In this document: piece after piece, positions 58,915-64,000 of the stretch
How the letters are laid out: each line of letters begins with the position of its first letter
Numbering within the stretch: the stretch's first letter is position 1
NCBI GenBank assembly: GCA_036677065.1
Contig: JAKFBS010000001.1
Location: 576,001 to 640,000 of the forward strand
Direction of reading: 5' to 3'
DNA length: 64,000 bases
Origin: Bdellovibrio sp.
GTDB lineage: Bacteria > Bdellovibrionota > Bdellovibrionia > Bdellovibrionales > Bdellovibrionaceae
Notes under the pieces: model-generated
What the model was told of the DNA's origin: nothing
The model's input: only the letters and a program-made list of their open reading frames with translations
Database searches by the model: none
Position numbers and translations under genes: made by a program

Positions 58915-60138
58915 ATGTCGACGGCTGAAAAGCTTAACCCCGCAGTTCAAATTAAATTGAAAGTGCTGAAAGGACCGCATGAAGGGCAGTCTTTTCACCT
59001 TGCAAAGAGCTCGTTTACTTTAGGACGTGGTCCTGAGAACGAGGTCGTTTTAATTAATGATCCGCAGATCAGTCGTCAGCATGCGCGTTTACAAGTGGTT
59101 GGCCAAGATATCGAAATTATCAATTTAAGTAAAAAAAATAAAGTGATGGTGGGATCAGAAGAAATCCAAAAATGGAAACTGATCAACGATTCTACTTTTG
59201 TTATCGGTGATACAGAACTTCAAATTGCTTTTGAAATTGAAAAAATCACCCCCGTAGCGCCGCTACCGCAATTAGTGCCTATGAGCAATTTGCCAGCGTT
59301 GCCAACACCGCCAGTAGACGGTGGAGCGCCAGCTCCGATTCCTGCGCCGCAAGCAAAAGCACCAAAAATAAAACAACAACCGGCTCAGCGAAAGCCAATG
59401 TCTGCGCCCGCAATGCGCCAACAAGCGCCGGCGCAAAGACAACAGCAAATGCAAGCACGTGGTGCGATGGCTCCGGGACGACCGATGCAACCACAAATGC
59501 AAAGACCAATGCAGCCGCAACAACAAAATGCGCAGGCAAATTTAGGTTATGCAAAACCACAGCAAGCAAGTGCGGGATTTTTTGCAAATCCAAAAGTTCG
59601 ATTTTATTTAATCGTAGGCATAGCGGTCTTTAGTCTAGTTTATTGGCTGAATATGGAAGAGCCCAAAAAAGCTCAATCTACAGAGATTAAGTCGACTTTA
59701 AAATATGAAGATGAATATCTTCTTAAACAAAATTCGGTCACTGAAAAAGAGCTAGACCTGAAACGTAAAAACCAATTGGAGCAAAAGAACTCGCCGACCA
59801 ATTTACGTATCCAAGAGAACTTTCAAAAAGGAATGCGTGATTTTCAGTTAGGCAATTACACTCGCTCCCTAGACTTTTTTCAGGTTGTTCTGAACTTAGA
59901 TTCAAGCCATGTCATGGCCCGTAGGCATTTATATTTAGCAAAAATCCGCTTCGATGAAATCGTAAAAGCGAAATTAGCACTTGGAGAAAGTTATTATCAG
60001 AAGCATAATTTTAAAATGTGCCTGGCTAATTACCAGCAAGTTTTGACTATGCTTCAGGGTAAAAACAACGACCAAAGTTACCAAACAGCCCAAAGCATGT
60101 CAGAAAAGTGTCAACTGGCAGCTGAGGGAATTCGTTAA
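58915..60138 (+). CDS. FHA-TM-TPR protein
   Basis: LGRG and ISRQHA; Pro/Gln linker; TM; TPR-like helices. Confidence 0.8.
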   Translation: MSTAEKLNPAVQIKLKVLKGPHEGQSFHLAKSSFTLGRGPENEVVLINDPQISRQHARLQVVGQDIEIINLSKKNKVMVGSEEIQKWKLINDSTFVIGDTELQIAFEIEKITPVAPLPQLVPMSNLPALPTPPVDGGAPAPIPAPQAKAPKIKQQPAQRKPMSAPAMRQQAPAQRQQQMQARGAMAPGRPMQPQMQRPMQPQQQNAQANLGYAKPQQASAGFFANPKVRFYLIVGIAVFSLVYWLNMEEPKKAQSTEIKSTLKYEDEYLLKQNSVTEKELDLKRKNQLEQKNSPTNLRIQENFQKGMRDFQLGNYTRSLDFFQVVLNLDSSHVMARRHLYLAKIRFDEIVKAKLALGESYYQKHNFKMCLANYQQVLTMLQGKNNDQSYQTAQSMSEKCQLAAEGIR

Positions 60139-60140
60139 AT

Positions 60141-62222
60141 ATGTCGAGACTGAAAGTTATATTAAGGGGAGCACAGATCAGTGACTTAAACCTTAGCCCC
60201 GATCGTGAATACGTCGGTGGCCGTAAGGAAAGTTGTGATATCCGTTTGCAACCTGAAAAAGGAATCTCGCGCGAACATTTCAAATTAAAATTTGAAGAAG
60301 GCCGTTGGGTATTAACTTCGCTCTCGCGATTTGGCGAAATCTTTTCTTTAGGGCAAAGAGTTGAATCAACTCCGCTTGAGCATGGCCAGGTTTTTCAGAT
60401 TCCCCCGTATGAATTCACTTTAAGCGATATACCGGATTCACAGAGTGATAGCGTCAATGCGAACGAAATGCCAGAGGCTGGCGAAAACGAACGTACGGTT
60501 ATTGGCGTAGCCCAGCAGGTTCCGTATATCAAAATGATGTCTTCAGATGGCGCTGTTCGAGAAATGCTTCGTTTAGAAGTAGGCGATGTCTGGGCTGCTG
60601 GCCGCGATCCATCATGCCAAATTATTATTCCTGATCAACGCGTAAGTCGTCGTCAATTTGAAGTTAGAAAAATTAATGGTATTTACACGATCATCGATTT
60701 AACCAGTGTGAACGGAACCTTCTTAAATGGTTCACCCATTTCAAGCACTGATCCCCAGCCATTAAAATCCGGTGATGCGATCACAGTTCTTGATAACACA
60801 ATGTACTTCGAACTTCATGATCCAAACTTTCAATACCGTATGGAACGCATTGAAGTTCCACCATTGCAAATGGCCGGTGCTGCAGGCCTGGACGATCTTG
60901 AAGAAATTGGTCTTGATGAAATTCCACTAGAAGAAGAACAATACGATCCGAATCAGGATATGAATTACCCGCAAGAAATTGATCAAGGTTATTACCAAGA
61001 TCAGTTAAATCCGGATGGCAGCCCCTTTACGGGAATGCCGCAGGAACAAATGCAGGGTGATTACTACAACATGCAACAGGGTGAACAAGCTTCTGAGCAA
61101 CAAGGCCCACCGCCAACACCAATTGTTCAGGCCTGGAACAGATTTAAAAATAACAAACCCGTTTTCTTTTCAGTGATCGCTTTATTTTTGGTCGGCATGT
61201 ATTTTTTAAGTGATATGATGAATGCGCCAGCGCCGCAAAAGAGCGGTCAGCAACAGGCTTTTAATCCGGATGATCCATTGTCACGCTTAAAACCAGAAGA
61301 GCGTGAAAATGTTAATCTGTGGTATAACAATGCTGAAAAAGCCCTTCGTCAGCAGGCGTTCACTATTGCTAAAGAAAACTTAGATAATATTCATAAGCTA
61401 ATGCCATTGGGATATAAAGATTCAAAACTTTATGAAGCTGAAGCTTTAAATGGTGAACAAACTTTATTAACTCAGCAAGAAACAGAACGTCGCGAAAAAG
61501 AACAGGCTGAATTACAGGCCCTGATCAAGGCCACATTAGAAAAATGTGAAAAGGCCATTGTGCCTGAAACCACTCCGGAAGGTTTGCAAGATTGCTTAGC
61601 GCCGGTGACAATCAATGATCCGACAAATGCAGACGCCGAAAGAATGTTAATGCAGGTTAGAAAAACAATTTCTGACCGCTTAGCTAAAGAAGAAGCAGAA
61701 CGTGTGGCAAAAAATCAGCGCGAAGAATTGAAAGAAATTTTTGAACGCGCAGAAAAAGTTCATGAAACTGGTTTTCCGAAAAAAGCCATTAAAGCTTACC
61801 GCGAAGTTATTGATAGTGATCTTCCGGATCCAGATGGATTAAAAGACACGGCGGCACTGCGAATTAAATTTATACAAAAAAAGTTAGAAGAACGTAATGC
61901 TAATAATATTTCAAGTGCTGAGCTTTATTTAAAAGACGGTAAATTTAAAGAAGGCATCATGGCTTTGCGAGCGGCTTTGCAATTTGATCCCGATAATCAA
62001 ACGATCAAAGATAAAATCGAACGTTACTCAAATGATTTACGCAATCAGGTGAAGGTGATGTACCAAGAGTCAATCATCGATGAAAATTTTGGTTATGTAG
62101 ATGGCTCTGATACCCGCCCGGGTGCAAAAGATAAATGGAAAAAAATTATCGATATAGATTTAGAAGACGGCGATTATTACCGTAAGGCCTTCATTAAGTT
62201 AAAACGCTATGGAGTATTATAA
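60141..62222 (+). CDS. Double-FHA, TM, TPR protein
   Basis: GGR..ISREH and AGR..VSRR..SVNGTFLNG; acidic linker; TM; TPR-like C-terminus. Confidence 0.82.
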   Translation: MSRLKVILRGAQISDLNLSPDREYVGGRKESCDIRLQPEKGISREHFKLKFEEGRWVLTSLSRFGEIFSLGQRVESTPLEHGQVFQIPPYEFTLSDIPDSQSDSVNANEMPEAGENERTVIGVAQQVPYIKMMSSDGAVREMLRLEVGDVWAAGRDPSCQIIIPDQRVSRRQFEVRKINGIYTIIDLTSVNGTFLNGSPISSTDPQPLKSGDAITVLDNTMYFELHDPNFQYRMERIEVPPLQMAGAAGLDDLEEIGLDEIPLEEEQYDPNQDMNYPQEIDQGYYQDQLNPDGSPFTGMPQEQMQGDYYNMQQGEQASEQQGPPPTPIVQAWNRFKNNKPVFFSVIALFLVGMYFLSDMMNAPAPQKSGQQQAFNPDDPLSRLKPEERENVNLWYNNAEKALRQQAFTIAKENLDNIHKLMPLGYKDSKLYEAEALNGEQTLLTQQETERREKEQAELQALIKATLEKCEKAIVPETTPEGLQDCLAPVTINDPTNADAERMLMQVRKTISDRLAKEEAERVAKNQREELKEIFERAEKVHETGFPKKAIKAYREVIDSDLPDPDGLKDTAALRIKFIQKKLEERNANNISSAELYLKDGKFKEGIMALRAALQFDPDNQTIKDKIERYSNDLRNQVKVMYQESIIDENFGYVDGSDTRPGAKDKWKKIIDIDLEDGDYYRKAFIKLKRYGVL

Positions 62223-62224
62223 TC

Positions 62225-62803
62225 GTGAAATCAAAAATTAATTCGCATAACGGCGATCAAAAGTTTCCCCAAACCAAATTACACAGTTTGTTAAATGATA
62301 ATTTACTGATTTGCATTCGTTTGTGGAGTGGCCCAGAGGCCGAACAAAAAGCCGTTGATGAAATTTCAAGATATCTTTCTGCGGCTGATGCAGACTTAGA
62401 AGTGACAACGCCCTTTGATTATATTGAAAGCTTATCTTCATTATCAAATAAAGTGCGTGTAGCTTTGTTGTTGGCCAACGAAGCCATTTATTTAGATAAT
62501 AAAGAAAGATATACCCAAGGCTATGAAATCGCGATTTGTTACAAGCATAACAAAGAAATCAGTATCGGATCGGTGGGCCGTTTTGCATTTACTGCAGAAA
62601 AAAAAGATAAAAACTTTACCATATTTGAATCAGGTGCATTTTTAGATGATTTAGTGTTATTACCCACAGATTTATTGGGCATCGAACGCGAAGTAGATAT
62701 TAAATGCACTTCGGTTTCTACGCGTGATTTAGAGGCTATCCAAATTAGCTCAACGTTTGACGAAAACACTTATTGGCAAGCGCATCTTAATCAATTCGAT
62801 TAG
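62225..62803 (+). CDS. Hypothetical protein, degenerate PP2C-like
   Basis: VALLLANEAIY...GYEI...IGSVG resembles the PP2C core but lacks the DG/GD metal motifs. Confidence 0.5.
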   Translation: MKSKINSHNGDQKFPQTKLHSLLNDNLLICIRLWSGPEAEQKAVDEISRYLSAADADLEVTTPFDYIESLSSLSNKVRVALLLANEAIYLDNKERYTQGYEIAICYKHNKEISIGSVGRFAFTAEKKDKNFTIFESGAFLDDLVLLPTDLLGIEREVDIKCTSVSTRDLEAIQISSTFDENTYWQAHLNQFD

Positions 62804-62816
62804 CGTTAACTTAATA

Positions 62817-64000
62817 TTACAAAACAAAAATTGGATCGACAAAAATCAATGGATGATACCAAACTTTATTAGGCTGGTATAAACCCCACATGTTTTCTAA
62901 AGCCAGATTCCAAATCGCGATTTTAATTTCTTCAAAATATTTTTTACGACTTAACTCATAAGTTAGTTTTGCTTTTTCAGGGCTTAAATCAAATAGACTT
63001 GCGTGTTTAAACTTTAAATAGTCGACGAATAAACTATCATGACAAGATTTTAGCTGTGAAAGGCTTGTTGGTGGTTTGCTGATCAGATTTAAACACCCCG
63101 AATAGGCCATATCTAGTTTTGTCAGATCTAATTTGTCGATCTGTTTATTTTTAAGCTGCTGATTTAACCAGTACAGATAAAGTGGATGGTTTTCAGAAAT
63201 TTTTAACGAGAAAAATTCAGCAGCAGGTAAAGTGTTTTTTAAATAATCCCGGGCGATCGTAGAGCCATTGTCTTCAATGGGAGTAATGCTCGTCATAAAT
63301 AAACGACGGATGCTTGGAATATCCTGCTCGGTATTTTTTTTGTTGTTAAGGTTAACGACTTCAAAACGGTCGGTCGCTAAATTAAAAATTTCGGTTTCTT
63401 CTTTGCGATCTATAACCAGCAATGTCGGACTAATAATCGCAAAGTTTAATTGTAAGGGTGATTTGATCCATGTATTAGAGGCTTCAACCAACAGCTGGCG
63501 AGTGCCGGCGATGCTGTCAGAGGCCTCACTGTAAAATTGACTGAGGTTTAACACTGGAAATCCATCAAGCGTTGAAGGTTCGTCAGACTCGAAGAAATGC
63601 TTAAGTGTATAACCTATGTCGGCCAGACTTATGGGGATGTCATTCTTCCACGAAATACCTTCATCGCCTTGCATGCGTGGAGGTTTGATTAAAAGTGACA
63701 CAAGCGTATTTTCAGAATGTAAATTTAAAAAAGCAGTTTCATTTAGGCGGTTATAATTATTGCTGCCGCGCAAACCTACAACGTAAACGTAAGTTTTATC
63801 CCAAATGCCGCGATCTTTTAGTTCAGTGATAAAGTTAAAGAGTTTTTCGTCTAATCTTTCAAGGTTAGTTGATGTCGTATCAAGTTCATTTAAAGCCTCG
63901 ATTTCAGAATTGGTAATAACCGCAAAAAATGGGGTTGAGTCTTCTTTTTGCCAATCTAAAAAGCTTTCTGAAGTGGTTTTGAAATCTTTAATAATTTGGT
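62817..64000 (-). CDS. Sulfatase/alkaline-phosphatase-fold-like protein (truncated at window end)
   Basis: Frame open from 63998; LDEKLFNFITELKDRGIWDKTYVYVVGLRG and ISLADIGYTL resemble the sulfatase core. Confidence 0.55.
   Translation of the reverse strand, partial: QIIKDFKTTSESFLDWQKEDSTPFFAVITNSEIEALNELDTTSTNLERLDEKLFNFITELKDRGIWDKTYVYVVGLRGSNNYNRLNETAFLNLHSENTLVSLLIKPPRMQGDEGISWKNDIPISLADIGYTLKHFFESDEPSTLDGFPVLNLSQFYSEASDSIAGTRQLLVEASNTWIKSPLQLNFAIISPTLLVIDRKEETEIFNLATDRFEVVNLNNKKNTEQDIPSIRRLFMTSITPIEDNGSTIARDYLKNTLPAAEFFSLKISENHPLYLYWLNQQLKNKQIDKLDLTKLDMAYSGCLNLISKPPTSLSQLKSCHDSLFVDYLKFKHASLFDLSPEKAKLTYELSRKKYFEEIKIAIWNLALENMWGLYQPNKVWYHPLIFVDPIFVL

Noticed and set aside
57419..59593. 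Antisense ORFs opposite the Pro/Gln linkers
   Set aside because: Shadows of low-complexity linkers
1..64000. tRNA, rRNA, integrase or transposase genes
   Set aside because: None recognised by eye; tRNAscan-SE, Rfam and ISfinder searches would be needed to exclude them

Overview
This window is chromosomal DNA of a Bdellovibrio-like predatory bacterium. The assignment is inferred from tandem major-OMP genes, a Bd0816/Bd3459-type DD-peptidase, many secreted hydrolases, and the divIVA-proC-yggS-maf / tadC-FHA gene order. Most of it is housekeeping genes (menD/H, pip, add, tkt, pcnB, DEAD helicase, mutY, speB, msrA, ubiB, rnr, trmO, valS, proC, divIVA) mixed with secreted prey-digestion enzymes. 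The most striking region is an accessory island at about 33.5-39.7 kb. It holds an unannotated 36-aa type I toxin-like ORF, a five-gene operon, and a Fic/HTH 'mobile mystery' pair with triple operators. The operon encodes a signal-peptide-bearing 101-aa candidate precursor with one C-terminal Cys, a family-5 solute-binding protein, a standalone YcaO, a membrane histidine kinase and a GNAT; it looks like a YcaO-modified peptide signalling system. Other notable items: a secreted deaminase-like amidohydrolase next to a lipoprotein with two UDG-like domains, tandem secreted CX5R proteins, a Maf-YggS fusion, an rnr/ubiB overlap, unannotated small ORFs and several structured non-coding elements. No rRNA, tRNA, CRISPR array, integrase or transposase was recognised. 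All calls come from reading motifs by eye; no searches were run.
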